Of a DNA stretch of 35,270 nucleotides, positions 16,173 through 26,055 are shown piece by piece; position 1 is the stretch's first letter, and every line of letters begins with the position of its first letter. The stretch spans positions 1 to 35,270 of the forward strand of contig JBJKQV010000178.1 of NCBI GenBank assembly GCA_046704985.1, read 5' to 3'. This DNA is from Terriglobia bacterium. Lineage in GTDB: Bacteria > Acidobacteriota > Terriglobia > UBA7540. Below the pieces are notes generated by a model. The model searched no databases, was not told the origin of the DNA, and saw only the letters and a program-made list of their open reading frames with translations. The position numbers and the translations under genes were made by a program.

Positions 16173-17498
16173 CTACGGCTCGCTTCCTACCATGGTGGGC
16201 AGCAGAAGCACGTTGCCGCGCGCGCCGCGCACCGCCGCAATCACCTCCTGCGCCATGGGCAGGTCCATGGGCGTGCGCACGGCGTTGTAGCTCGCCGGAT
16301 CGCGCGTCACCCGCGCCACCCGCGCGTGCTCCAGCAACATCGCGCGCGCCGGTTCCTGCTCGGTCACGAAGTACCCCTGCGAGGCGATGTAGTCCACCAC
16401 GCGCTGCACCTGCACCTTCCAGTCGATGCCCACCACCAGGCGCAAATCCAGGTCCGCGGTGGCGGTGGGCGGAATCACGTTCGCCGACTGCGCCCCCGTC
16501 TGCCCCGACGACATGCCGTTGATGTTCAGCGAGGGCTGGTTGATCGCCTCCAGCAGCGGCCCGTCCGCCGTCTCCACGTGCCCCAGCCAGTAGGCGCGCA
16601 TGAGCATCGCATCGTTTTTGGGCGCGCGCTCGAGCGCCTGCTTCTCCGTCGCCGACAGCGGCGCCACCCCGTCGTAGAAATGCGGGATCAGCACCCGCCC
16701 CGTCGCGTCCTTCATTCCCGCCAGTAGGCGCGCCAACTCCAGGGCCGGATTGGGCGCCCAGTTGCCGTAGTGACCGCTGTGCAGCCCGTGGTGCGGGCCG
16801 TAGACCGTCACCTCAAGGTGCGTGTCGCCGCGCGCCCCGAACACCACCGTCTGCGCGCCGCTCTGGTCCACCGGGCCGTCGCAAATCAGCCAGATGTCGC
16901 CGTGCACCAGTTCACGATGCGCGTCCAGAATCCGCTCCAGATGCGGCGAGCCCGCCTCCTCTTCGCCTTCCCAGACAAACCGGATGTTGGCGCGCAGGGG
17001 AACCTTCGCCGCCCGCAGCGCGTCCAGCGCCGTCAGCTGCGCGAAGATCGCCGCCTTGTCGTCGCCCGCCGAGCGCGCGTAGATTCTCTCCTCGCCCTTC
17101 ACCGTTCGCAGGGTCGGAGTGAAGGGAGGCGTCTGCCACTCCGACGCTTTCACCGGCTGCCCGTCGTAGTGCGCGTAGAACACGACGGTGTGTTGCGCGC
17201 CCGGCGTCCGGATCTCGCCGTAAACCACCGCGGGCGACCCGGCGAGCGTCAACAGTTGCGCCGCGACACCCCGCTGCTTGAGTTGTTGGATAAGAAAAGC
17301 CGCGTTGCGCCGCAGCCCCTGCGGATCGGCCGCCACGTTGGGGATGGAGAGAAAGTGCGAGAACTGCTCGACCAGTTCCGCGCGATGCGCCGCCGTCCAA
17401 GCGCGCGCCGCTTCCGCCGGCGCCGGCGCCGTCTGCCCCCGCGCCGGCAACAGACTCATCAACCCCACCACGAGAACTACCCAGAGTTTTCGTAACAT
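16173..17498 (-). CDS. Secreted M20-family metallopeptidase (dipeptidase/carboxypeptidase type), ending at an in-frame TAG
   Basis: The signal peptide is MLRKLWVVLVVGLMSLLPARGQTAP (ATG 17498). M20 motifs are VVFYAHYDGQPV, SAGDDKAAI and FVWEGEEEAGSP. The ORF stops at TAG 16173-16175, inside the conserved C-terminal region. Confidence 0.8.
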   Translation of the reverse strand: MLRKLWVVLVVGLMSLLPARGQTAPAPAEAARAWTAAHRAELVEQFSHFLSIPNVAADPQGLRRNAAFLIQQLKQRGVAAQLLTLAGSPAVVYGEIRTPGAQHTVVFYAHYDGQPVKASEWQTPPFTPTLRTVKGEERIYARSAGDDKAAIFAQLTALDALRAAKVPLRANIRFVWEGEEEAGSPHLERILDAHRELVHGDIWLICDGPVDQSGAQTVVFGARGDTHLEVTVYGPHHGLHSGHYGNWAPNPALELARLLAGMKDATGRVLIPHFYDGVAPLSATEKQALERAPKNDAMLMRAYWLGHVETADGPLLEAINQPSLNINGMSSGQTGAQSANVIPPTATADLDLRLVVGIDWKVQVQRVVDYIASQGYFVTEQEPARAMLLEHARVARVTRDPASYNAVRTPMDLPMAQEVIAAVRGARGNVLLLPTMVGSEP

Positions 17499-17786
17499 GG
17501 ACGCCACCCTATCGGATTGATCGATGTCTTTGTCGCATGGTCTTAACGCGCCTTGAACGGTGATCGCGGCACGGCCGGGCGCCTCAATTTTCTGCGACCT
17601 CCCAGGCAGGTGGAAACGGTGACCTGCTGAGCAAGGTTCGCGAGTTGCTCGACGCGCCGCCGGCAAGCCCTCCGCGCAATCGGCCGCCGGAAGCGCGGGA
17701 AGCGCACCGATCCGCCCGTCGTGTGGCGAGGTCCTGCAACAACCGCATGGGCAAAGCCTGAGTGGGAACTGGGCGGAGGCAGAAAA

Positions 17787-17996
17787 CTAACTGCCCCTAG
17801 GGACGCCCGTCCGGCCCACCGCGCGCGTGGCGATGGCCGCCAAAAAGAGCACGCCGGCGAACATCAGGGCCCCGTGCGGAGAGACCGAAAACCTCGCCGA
17901 ATAGACCGGCTCGTATTTCAGGAACAACGCAAAGATGGTGCTGAAGAAACCCAGAGCCCAGCAGACTTCCATCAGGGAACGGTAGATTCGGGCCAT
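17787..17996 (-). CDS. Small two-span membrane protein, unknown function
   Basis: ATG 17996 is preceded by AAGGAGGG. The 69-aa product has two hydrophobic stretches (VCWALGFFSTIFALFL and ALMFAGVLFLAAIA). It lies between the TonB receptor and the peptidase on the same strand. Confidence 0.5.
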   Translation of the reverse strand: MARIYRSLMEVCWALGFFSTIFALFLKYEPVYSARFSVSPHGALMFAGVLFLAAIATRAVGRTGVPRGS

Positions 17997-18100
17997 GGCT
18001 ATACCCTCCTTGGATTGGCGAGCAAGTCGGGCGCAGTATAGCAAAGAAGACGGGCGGTTGTCCTATGGGAAGGAAGGTGTGACGAGGGGGCGGGGCTTCG

Positions 18101-18129
18101 GCCGGGGCGGGTGAGGAACCCACCCCGGC
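18101..18129 (-). terminator. GC-rich hairpin just downstream of the TonB-dependent receptor stop codon
   Basis: GCCGGGGCGGG / CCCACCCCGGC forms an 11-bp stem. It has one position that is a G-U wobble in the minus-strand RNA, and a 7-nt loop. No clear U-tract follows, so intrinsic termination is not certain. Confidence 0.35.
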
Positions 18130-18151
18130 TTCCACCGAAAAGCACAAACAG

Positions 18152-21100
18152 CTAGAACAAGAAGTGCAAGGACAACTGCATGAAGCGCGGGCTGCCGATG
18201 GTGTGTTGAATATACCCCAGGCTGCCGCGAGGGGGATTGGCAGGAGGCCCGTAGTAATCGGGGAAGAAGTTTACGTTATTGTTGGGCGTGTCAAAATTAG
18301 CCTGGTTAAAGAGGTTGAACGCATCGGCCTCAAAACGTAAACGATACCGCTCGGTGATGTTGAACTGCTTGGCCAGGCTCATATCGAAGCGCACCTGGAA
18401 AGGACCGCGGAACATGTTGCGACCCGTAGTGCCAAACAGGGATTCGTAAAGATCGCAGCCCGAGGCATCGCAAGGCGGCACGCCGTTCGTTCCGGGCGCG
18501 ACAAACTGCGGGGCAAAGGCCTGTGCATTGAGCACCGGCTGGCCCGCATTGACGCCGTGAGTACCTTGCAGTTGAGCCTGGGATGCGGTGACGCCCGATT
18601 TGAGCGGCACAATGGGGTTAGCCAGTTCGTCGTATGTACCGTAATACAAGCTGGCTACCGAACCATGGTAGTCGTAAGGGCTGTAGGGCTGGCCGCTCTG
18701 GGCAACGGTTTGCCCGCTGATCGTCCAGCCTTTGGTGGCGTCCTTGGCGAATCGGCTGCCCGAGAATCCCGGCAGGTTGTAACTGTAGTTGACCAGGAAG
18801 ACGTGCGTCTGGTCGAAGTCCGAGGAGGCGTAGTTGGACTTGGGATCCTGCGGGTTGTTGCCGGTGACGAACAATCCCAGCCCGCTCTGCATGTCGAGAG
18901 CGTGCGACCAGGTGTAGGAAGCGCTGAACTGCAGCCCGTGGGACATGCGTTTGTGCACCTGGAGCTGCAAGGCATCGTAGTTGGAGATGCCCTCGGCATT
19001 GTAGGTTACGGAGTTCATGTCATAGCCGATGTAGGGCACGCGAACCTCGGCGTTGCCGGCGTAGTACGGAGGCGGGCACAAAGGTTCATTGTCCAGCGGT
19101 GAAAGGCCGGAGTAATAGGTGTTGCATGGACTGTTGGGGCTCACGCCGCCGTAGGAATACATCTGTCCGTGCACGGGGTTCGAAGGGGTGGCGATGAGCG
19201 GCTCATTGAAGGGGATAGGCAGCACTTCGTGGACGCCGTGATTGCCTACGTAGCCGATCTCGAACATCCAGTTGTTGGAGGGCTGGAATTGCAGGTCGAG
19301 GGTCCAGCTTTCGGTGTAGGGCAGTTTGTTGTGGATGTTGTACCCGGAGAAGAGCAAGGGACCCGAGTGGTTGCCGGTTGGCCAGTGGCCCGACGCGGTC
19401 TGTGAAACGTTAGGCAACAGCGCAAGATAGCTGGCGGCGTTCCCGGAGGGTGGCGGCACCGAAGCTGTGCCGAAGGGGGCAGCAAAGTCTGACCCCCTAC
19501 TGGCATAAATCGGCTCGACGAAGGGCGGCGCCAGCGTCACCCCGAACGGGCCGTTGAAGCCGGAGCCCGCGGGGGCGGAAAAGTAGCTGAACAGTTCGCC
19601 GCGGTCGTAGTAGACGCCGTAGCCGGCGCGCACGGTCACCTTGGAAGTGGGCGACCAGGCAATGCCGATGCGCGGCGCCAGTCCCCACTGGTGCTGGGTC
19701 ATCAGCGACGCGCTGGCGCCCTGGGTGCCCGAGGTGGAATTGTTTCCGGCGATGACCAGACCGGCGTTGGTGATGGTGTCGGTCGTGGAGTTGTAGGAGT
19801 AAAGCGCGGGGTCGAATCCGGTCAGCCGGCCATACTTCTCTGAGAGCGGGCCATCATAATCCCATCGCAGGCCGGCGGTAATCGTCAGGTTGCTTCGAAC
19901 CTTAAAGTCATCGTTGATGTAGAGGCCCGCCGTGTTCGACCGGTAGTAGCGGTTCGCCGAGCCCGCGAACGCGTTGCCGGTATACACGTAGCCCTCCACG
20001 AAATCGAGAAGGCTGTGGAACTCCAGAATATCCGTGTTGGTGTTTTTGTTGATCACGTTAAGCTGGGTGTGGTCCCACAGCCCGCCAATCGAAATCGTGT
20101 GCCTGCCTTTCACCATATTCAAAGAGGATTCGATCTCCCCCCGATTCTGGTACATCCCGGCGTTGGCAAAGCTTGTGCTGGGACCAAATTCCAGAGTGTT
20201 ATAAATGGTCGGATCCATGCCGCTGATCTCGATCTGCGGAAACCCCGTGGAGCCCAGCAGATTCATTCCCATATCGCTGGGACCGAAAGCCTGACTGGTT
20301 TGCGAATAGGCGCGCAGACGCGTAAAGCCGATGCGCTGCTCCCAAGTCATGGTCGGGGATAGGATGAGGTTGTTGCTGATGGAGAGCACCTGACTGCCTG
20401 CCGAGAGCTCCTGCGGGAAACCGATGAGATCGCTGACGGCGCCGAAGGGGCCGGTGGTAGGATTGTTCTGGATATAATATTTTCCTGACAGACGGTCCCT
20501 GTCGCTCGCCTGATAGTCCAAGCTGGCGATTCCCTGGTTGACACTTGAGATCGTGTTGGGCCCGCGGAGGACGGCATCGTAGCCCAATTGGGTCGCGGTC
20601 GTCGAGTTAGTGATCTGCGCGCTGGGAATCAGATATTGACCGTCCGGAAGCTTGGCGTTGAAGAGTTTCATCGCTACCGGGCTGATGTCAGCGGCGGTAA
20701 TCGTCTTTCCGTAGTCGCTGTTCTGGATCATGCTGATAATGCCGGCGGCGCTGCGGTCGTCGGTCAGGCCCAGGGGCACGGTGACGTTCTTGGTCGAGAG
20801 AGACGCATCCGAAATCCGAACTCCCTGGTAGGACCCGAAGTAAAACAATTTGTTTTTGATGATCGGCCCGCCGATGGTGGCGCCGAACTGATTGCGGTTC
20901 ATGAAAGGATTTTTCAGGTTGTCCGCGTTGTAAAAGAACGGTGCGGCGTTCATGGAGCTGTTTTGCCATTGCTCCCAGGCCGACCCGTGAACCCGGTTGG
21001 TGCCGGACTTGGTGGTGACGCCAATATGCGCGCCACTCTTGTTGCCCTGACTGGCGTCATACATGGAGGAGTTGACGGTGATCTCCTGGATGGCGTCCGG

Positions 21101-21850
21101 CGGAGGCGTGGGCAGGGCCTGGCCGATGGCGCCGTAGACCGAAGTGGCGGATTGAAGCACTCCTCCTGCGCCGAAGTTCTCGCCGGTGTTCAGCACGAAG
21201 CGGTTCTCGCCCACCTGCGAGGTGGAGTTGCCGTTGAACTGGTTGTTGGTGCTGATGCCGTTCAGCGAAAAGCTGTTGCTGGTGTCGCGGTTGCCGTCGG
21301 CGAAGATGGCCTGATTCCCGAGGCCCGCGTTGGCGCCCGCGCCGCCCAGAAAATCCGCGTGTACGCCCGGGCTCATAATCGCCAGTTGGGTGAAACTCCC
21401 CGTGCCGAGGGGCGTCGATTGGATGGTGGCCTTCGAGACCACGTAACCGGTGGTGGCGTTGGTCTGGTTCATGAGCGGCGTAGCGTTTACGGTGATGCTG
21501 GTCGTGGCTTCACCGGGCGCCAGCTTGGCGTTCACGGTGGCGGTTCGGTTACTATCGACTTCGATGGCGGAATAGGTCTCCGCCTTGAACCCCGCCTTGG
21601 TGATGGTGACGCTGTAGGTCCCCGGAGGCACGCCGAAAAAGGCGTACGAGCCCCGTTGATTAGTCGTCGCCGTCATCTGCAAATTGGTATCCGAGTTGGT
21701 GGCTTTCACCTGCGCTCCCGGCACGACCGCGCCCGAGACGTCCTGCACCACGCCGGTGATGGACCCCTGGGTTTGTTGGCCGCGCACCTGGACGGCGCAC
21801 GCGAAGCTAAGAATCAACAGCGCGAGGAATAACTTGCTCCTCCGACACAT
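18152..21850 (-). CDS. TonB-dependent receptor with N-terminal carboxypeptidase-regulatory-like domain
   Basis: ATG 21850 is preceded by GGAGGG. The signal is MCRRSKLFLALLILSFACAVQVRG. The CarboxypepD_reg-like segment is GSITGVVQDVSGAVVPGAQVKATN...GTYSVTITKAGFK. A beta-barrel-type sequence of more than 1000 aa follows, rich in G/N/S/T/Y and ending in an aromatic residue (...SLHFLF). Confidence 0.9.
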   Translation of the reverse strand: MCRRSKLFLALLILSFACAVQVRGQQTQGSITGVVQDVSGAVVPGAQVKATNSDTNLQMTATTNQRGSYAFFGVPPGTYSVTITKAGFKAETYSAIEVDSNRTATVNAKLAPGEATTSITVNATPLMNQTNATTGYVVSKATIQSTPLGTGSFTQLAIMSPGVHADFLGGAGANAGLGNQAIFADGNRDTSNSFSLNGISTNNQFNGNSTSQVGENRFVLNTGENFGAGGVLQSATSVYGAIGQALPTPPPDAIQEITVNSSMYDASQGNKSGAHIGVTTKSGTNRVHGSAWEQWQNSSMNAAPFFYNADNLKNPFMNRNQFGATIGGPIIKNKLFYFGSYQGVRISDASLSTKNVTVPLGLTDDRSAAGIISMIQNSDYGKTITAADISPVAMKLFNAKLPDGQYLIPSAQITNSTTATQLGYDAVLRGPNTISSVNQGIASLDYQASDRDRLSGKYYIQNNPTTGPFGAVSDLIGFPQELSAGSQVLSISNNLILSPTMTWEQRIGFTRLRAYSQTSQAFGPSDMGMNLLGSTGFPQIEISGMDPTIYNTLEFGPSTSFANAGMYQNRGEIESSLNMVKGRHTISIGGLWDHTQLNVINKNTNTDILEFHSLLDFVEGYVYTGNAFAGSANRYYRSNTAGLYINDDFKVRSNLTITAGLRWDYDGPLSEKYGRLTGFDPALYSYNSTTDTITNAGLVIAGNNSTSGTQGASASLMTQHQWGLAPRIGIAWSPTSKVTVRAGYGVYYDRGELFSYFSAPAGSGFNGPFGVTLAPPFVEPIYASRGSDFAAPFGTASVPPPSGNAASYLALLPNVSQTASGHWPTGNHSGPLLFSGYNIHNKLPYTESWTLDLQFQPSNNWMFEIGYVGNHGVHEVLPIPFNEPLIATPSNPVHGQMYSYGGVSPNSPCNTYYSGLSPLDNEPLCPPPYYAGNAEVRVPYIGYDMNSVTYNAEGISNYDALQLQVHKRMSHGLQFSASYTWSHALDMQSGLGLFVTGNNPQDPKSNYASSDFDQTHVFLVNYSYNLPGFSGSRFAKDATKGWTISGQTVAQSGQPYSPYDYHGSVASLYYGTYDELANPIVPLKSGVTASQAQLQGTHGVNAGQPVLNAQAFAPQFVAPGTNGVPPCDASGCDLYESLFGTTGRNMFRGPFQVRFDMSLAKQFNITERYRLRFEADAFNLFNQANFDTPNNNVNFFPDYYGPPANPPRGSLGYIQHTIGSPRFMQLSLHFLF

Positions 21851-22535
21851 GATTCCCTCCATATGAAGGTCGCGGAGCGACCATGAATTGAGCTCTCCGG
21901 GGCAGCCGTCGTCGGCCTCCGCCGGGGTGATATGACTCTTGCGGTGGGGAAAATCCCTGGATGTTTGGACTCTGGTCCCAAACTGCCATGAAGGATGAGC
22001 CTTGAAAAGGAAGGATCAGCCTCTCGGTGCGGCGCTCATGTGGAGGCTATCCTTCGGCACAGCTTTCCGGTGCAAGAACTCCCTTTGTCGCACCGGCGTA
22101 TTAAGCCTTCTTTACAACCGTGTTGATCGCCCGTTAAGTTCTCGCTTCCCGGGCCGGGAACCTCCGGCGCGGCGCCTCACGGCTGCGCCCTCGGGCGGGA
22201 GCGCAATCGCGGGGGTGCTGAAGGGACTCCACCCTTGGGGACACCGGAGGAAATGACCATCACCCTCGGGTTTTCGTCCCGGGTCTTAAGTCTTGTGCAC
22301 CCGACGCAGGTTTTTGCTGTGCTTGCCTTGCGGTGGAAACAATAACGCCGTACCCGGGACAAGTCAAGTGGGAGCGCGGAGTCCCTCGCACATTCCGCCT
22401 GCCGGGCCAGGAGGCGGCCGCGCGGGCATTCACCCTCTTGTGCCCGCCCTACATTCGGCGTACTCTTTGCGCAGCCGGGGACGGTCTGTTTCCCGGCTGG
22501 GCCGACGTCCCCATCTTGCCTTAAGGAGATCAGGA

Positions 22536-23009
22536 ATGGCGAATCGATGGGTTTTCCTGGCGGCCATTTTGACGACGGTGTTCATTGTGGCGGCGGCGTT
22601 TGCCCTGCCGCAACTCTTCTACTTCGAGCTGGCCAAGTCGTTCGTGTTTATGGCAGTGGCCGTGCTCGTCTTTTTCGGAGAAGACCGCTACGGATACATG
22701 CTGGGGATAATCTTCCCCGTCCTGTGGTTCCTGGTGGATATCCTGATCGGCACCTTCTTCGACGACTTCGCGGTTCTGTTCAGCTACCTGGGCGGAAAGG
22801 GCGTGGGGCCCATGGAGAGTCCCTTGCACGGCTTCGCACGCCTGGCCGCGATCTTCCTCCTCATCGCCAGTTTGCGGTCCTGGAACAAGGAAGTTCCCGA
22901 AAAGCTGATGGGCAAGACCTTCTGGGTTTCAGTGGCCATCAGCGTGGTTTACATGGCCCTGCTGACGGTGTGGTACTACCATATCTTCCCCTCCGGGCGC
23001 CTCGCCTAG
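22536..23009 (+). CDS. Integral membrane protein, unknown function (157 aa, about 4-5 spans)
   Basis: ATG 22536 is preceded by TAAGGAG. The sequence is strongly hydrophobic (WVFLAAILTTVFIVAAAFAL, FVFMAVAVLVFF, MLGIIFPVLWFLVDILIGTFF, LAAIFLLIASL, FWVSVAISVVYMALLTVWYY). The upstream part of ORF 22293 is P/R/G-rich and looks non-coding. Confidence 0.65.
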   Translation: MANRWVFLAAILTTVFIVAAAFALPQLFYFELAKSFVFMAVAVLVFFGEDRYGYMLGIIFPVLWFLVDILIGTFFDDFAVLFSYLGGKGVGPMESPLHGFARLAAIFLLIASLRSWNKEVPEKLMGKTFWVSVAISVVYMALLTVWYYHIFPSGRLA

Positions 23010-23051
23010 GCGGTGCCGGAAAGTGTCCCGGAAGCTCTGCCGCCCCGCGCC

Positions 23052-23861
23052 CTAGCCTCCGTGCGCGAAGCCGGGGTAGAGCGTCATGCCCCCGTCGGTG
23101 AAGAGCGTCGCCCCGGTCACGTAATCCGAGTCGTCGGAGGCCAGCCACGCGGCCACCCGGCCGATGTCCTCCGGCTCACCCACCCGCTGGTAGGGAATCA
23201 GCTTCAACAACTTGGCTTCCGCCTGCGGAGTGTCCCAGGCGGGACGATTGATGGCCGTCTTGATGGCCCCCGGCGCAATGCTGTTGACGCGGATGTGCCG
23301 TGGCGCCAATTCCTGAGCGGCGGTGCGCATGAACATGTTGACGCCGCCTTTGGAGGCGGCGTAATCGCAGTGGCCGGCCCAGGGAATGACCTCGTGCACG
23401 GAACTGATGCAGATGATCTTTCCCGCGGCCTTCGACACCGCCGGCACCACTCCGCGGCGCACGAACTCCCTGGCCGCCTCGCGCGCGCAGAGAAAATAAC
23501 CTGTCAGGTTGACTCCCAGCACGGCGTTCCACTGTTCTAAGGTCATTTCCAGCAGCGGGGCGTCGCGTTGAATGCCTGCGTTGTTCACCAGGATGTCGAG
23601 CGTTCCCAGCTCGCCGATCACTTCCTGGAACATCTTCTGCACCTGGTCCTCGCGGCTCACGTCCGCCTCGACGGCCAGGGCGCGTCCGCCGGCTTGCCGG
23701 ATTTCCGCCACCACCTGGTCGGCGGGCGTGCGGTCGCCGACGTAGTTGACCGCCACGTCGGCCCCCGCGGCGGCCAGCGTCTTGGCCACTCCCCGGCCGA
23801 TTCCCGAGCTCGCCCCGGTCACCAGGGCCTTCTGATTTTTCAGTGCTCCCTCGATGGGCAT
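23052..23861 (-). CDS. Short-chain dehydrogenase/reductase (glucose 1-dehydrogenase-like)
   Basis: The cofactor motif is TGASSGIGRG. NNAG is present. The catalytic Y-x-x-x-K lies in YAASKGG. PGAIKT is also present. ATG 23861 is preceded by AAGGAGG. Confidence 0.9.
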   Translation of the reverse strand: MPIEGALKNQKALVTGASSGIGRGVAKTLAAAGADVAVNYVGDRTPADQVVAEIRQAGGRALAVEADVSREDQVQKMFQEVIGELGTLDILVNNAGIQRDAPLLEMTLEQWNAVLGVNLTGYFLCAREAAREFVRRGVVPAVSKAAGKIICISSVHEVIPWAGHCDYAASKGGVNMFMRTAAQELAPRHIRVNSIAPGAIKTAINRPAWDTPQAEAKLLKLIPYQRVGEPEDIGRVAAWLASDDSDYVTGATLFTDGGMTLYPGFAHGG

Positions 23862-23960
23862 GGATGAGTCCTCCTTGGATGATGAAACGCTTGTGTCGGC
23901 ACGGCGCCGCCGGGAAAATCTCCGGTGCCACCGGCCAGGGGATAGCGCGTTCTCTTACGC

Positions 23961-25841
23961 TTATTGCGCGTCGTTGCCGCGGGGCAGGCCGGGGTAGTCC
24001 GGCTCGTTGTGCCCCAGGGCGCGGTTGAGGTTGAACGCCGCGCTGATGAGTCCCAGGTGGGTGAAAGCCTGGGGAAAGTTGCCCAGCGCCTCGCCGCACG
24101 CTCCCGTCTCCTCGGCGTAGAGGCCCAGGTGGTTGGCGTAGCCGTGCATCTTCTCGAAGATCAGGCGCGCCTCTTCGAGCCTTCGGCGGTCCACCCGCCC
24201 GGCGCGCGTCAGCGCCTCGACCAGCCAGAACGTGCACATGTTGAACGTGCCCTCGGTTCCCGACAGCCCGTCGGCCGATTCCTGCAGGTTGTAGCGGTGG
24301 ACCAGGCTATCGGCCATCAGCCCTCCCTGGGTTTGTGGGAGGTTGATGGCGTCGAGGGTGGCGAGCATGCGCGGGTCGGTGGGCGACATGAAAAAGACCA
24401 GGGGCATGATGAGCGCCGCAGCGTCGAGCGACCGGCTGCCGTAGTACTGCACGAACGCCTGGCGCCGGCGGCTCCAGCCCTGGCTGAGGATCTGCTCGTA
24501 GATCTGGTCGCGCGCCTCCAGCCAACGCGCGCGGTCGGCGGGAAAGCTGCGCTTATCGGCCAGGCGCAGCCCGCGGTCCAGCGCCACCCAGCACATGAGC
24601 TTGGAGTAAACGAACTGCCGCGGCCCGCCGCGCACTTCCCAGATGCCGCAGTCCTCCCTCTGCCAGTTGTCCGCCACCCAGTTGAGCAGCCGCCGCAGGT
24701 CGCGCCAGAGCTGGTAGGAGATGGGGCTGCCGTATTTGTTGTACAGATACACGGAGTCCATGAGCGCGCCGTAAATATCCAGTTGCAGTTGCCGATAAGC
24801 GGCGTTGCCCACGCGCACGGGGCGCGAGTCCCGGTAGCCGCCCAGGTGGTTGAGGGTCTGCTCTTCGATCTCGTGCCGGCCGTCGATGCCGTACATGGTC
24901 TGCAGCGACCCGTCGGGGTTCAGCTCGTGGCAGCGCGCTTCCAGCCACTGCATGAACTTGGAGGCTTCCTCGGTGAAGCCGATGCGCAGCAGGCCGTAGA
25001 GCGTGAAAGCGGCGTCGCGAATCCACGTGTAGCGGTAATCCCAGTTGCGCTCGCCCCCCAGGCTCTCGGGCAGGCTGCAGGTGGGCGCGGCAACGATGGC
25101 GCCGGTGGGCTCGAAGGTGAGCAGCTTCAGCACCAGCGCCGAGCGCCGCACCATCTCGCGCCAGCGCCCCTTGTAGGAGCACTTGCTCATCCAGCGCCGC
25201 CAGTAGCCCACCGTGGCCGAGAACATCTCGTGCACCTCGCGCTCGCTGAGCGCGCGGGCACAGACACCTTGGGTGGGCAGGTTCTCAAGCCGGAAGGATA
25301 TCGACTGGCCTTCCTGCAGGGTGAATTCTGCTGCCACGCCTCCTTTGCCGTCGGCCTCGAGCGCCTGGCGCGTCGCCAGGCTCAGGCTCTGCCGCTCGGA
25401 GCGGAAGCAGGCGCCCTCTCCCGGGCGGATTTCCAACTTGTGCGGGTCGCGCGCAAAATTGAACGCCGGCCGGCACTCGACGCGGAAGGGAAAAGTTCCG
25501 CGCACAGCCGCCACCCGTCGCACCAGCTGCGGCTGCTTCTTGGCCGACGGCCCGCTCCGAATGGGCATAAAGTCCGTTATCTCCCCCACCCCTTGCGTAG
25601 AGAGAAAGCGCGTCAGTAGCACGTTGGTGTCCGGCCAGTAAAATTGCTGGTGTTTCGCGCCTTCGATGGCCGGGGCGATCTGGAAGTGCCCGCCGCGCTC
25701 GGCATCGAGCAGGGAGGCAAAAACGCTGGGCGAGTCGAAATGGGGAAAGCAGAGCCAGTCGACCGTGCCGTCCATGCCCACCAGGGCCGCGGTGTGCAGG
25801 TCGCCGATAATGCCGTGATTTTCGATGGGCTGCTGGCTCAT
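23961..25841 (-). CDS. Glycoside hydrolase family 15 protein (glucoamylase/trehalase-like)
   Basis: The N-terminus [41 protein letters not shown] is the characteristic start of bacterial GH15 proteins. The later (alpha/alpha)6-type region contains [15 protein letters not shown] and [28 protein letters not shown] 25841 is preceded by GGAG. Confidence 0.9.
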   Translation of the reverse strand: MSQQPIENHGIIGDLHTAALVGMDGTVDWLCFPHFDSPSVFASLLDAERGGHFQIAPAIEGAKHQQFYWPDTNVLLTRFLSTQGVGEITDFMPIRSGPSAKKQPQLVRRVAAVRGTFPFRVECRPAFNFARDPHKLEIRPGEGACFRSERQSLSLATRQALEADGKGGVAAEFTLQEGQSISFRLENLPTQGVCARALSEREVHEMFSATVGYWRRWMSKCSYKGRWREMVRRSALVLKLLTFEPTGAIVAAPTCSLPESLGGERNWDYRYTWIRDAAFTLYGLLRIGFTEEASKFMQWLEARCHELNPDGSLQTMYGIDGRHEIEEQTLNHLGGYRDSRPVRVGNAAYRQLQLDIYGALMDSVYLYNKYGSPISYQLWRDLRRLLNWVADNWQREDCGIWEVRGGPRQFVYSKLMCWVALDRGLRLADKRSFPADRARWLEARDQIYEQILSQGWSRRRQAFVQYYGSRSLDAAALIMPLVFFMSPTDPRMLATLDAINLPQTQGGLMADSLVHRYNLQESADGLSGTEGTFNMCTFWLVEALTRAGRVDRRRLEEARLIFEKMHGYANHLGLYAEETGACGEALGNFPQAFTHLGLISAAFNLNRALGHNEPDYPGLPRGNDAQ

Positions 25842-25938
25842 GCCGTTCGTCTCCTGAGATTCAAGTGAAGGGTCATTATAGGCGCTTTGGGCTCGCGGTG
25901 AAACCCGGTTGCGGGCGATGGATCGCCCCGGGGATGGG

Positions 25939-25966
25939 TTGACATTTCCACCCGGGGCGGTAGAAT
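25939..25966 (+). promoter_or_regulatory. Candidate sigma70-type promoter of the tetR-led operon
   Basis: TTGACA (25939-25944), a 16-nt spacer and TAGAAT (25961-25966). It lies about 90 nt upstream of the TetR start codon, in the divergent GH15/TetR intergenic region. Confidence 0.5.
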
Positions 25967-25970
25967 GAAC

Positions 25971-25986
25971 TCGAACGGACGTTCGA
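25971..25986 (+). promoter_or_regulatory. Perfect 7-2-7 palindrome TCGAACG-GA-CGTTCGA, candidate TetR operator
   Basis: The inverted repeat starts 5 nt after the -10 hexamer, at or near the transcription start. This is the classic position for an autoregulatory TetR-family operator. Confidence 0.5.
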
Positions 25987-26055
25987 TTGAAGGCAGGGCA
26001 GCCGGTCTCCGGACGGCAACCACATCCCAGGCAGGGCGGCGGGGAGAGCCGCTTC

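Noticed and set aside
16173-16175. The in-frame TAG in the M20 peptidase as programmed recoding (pyrrolysine or designed readthrough).
   Set aside because: No pyl genes or recoding signals are visible. Nothing suggests amber reassignment, since other genes in the window use TAG as a normal stop (for example the crotonase at 27564-27566 and the Kelch gene at 13478-13480). A nonsense mutation or sequence error is the simpler explanation.
21851-22300. Cobalamin (or another known) riboswitch in the leader of the TonB-dependent receptor.
   Set aside because: I looked on both strands for a B12-box-like element (AGYCMGGAGACCKGCC type) and the GGGAA/GGTG core. I found only loose resemblances (GGTGGGGAAAATCCC on the wrong strand for the receptor). 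I cannot support this call without a covariance-model scan.
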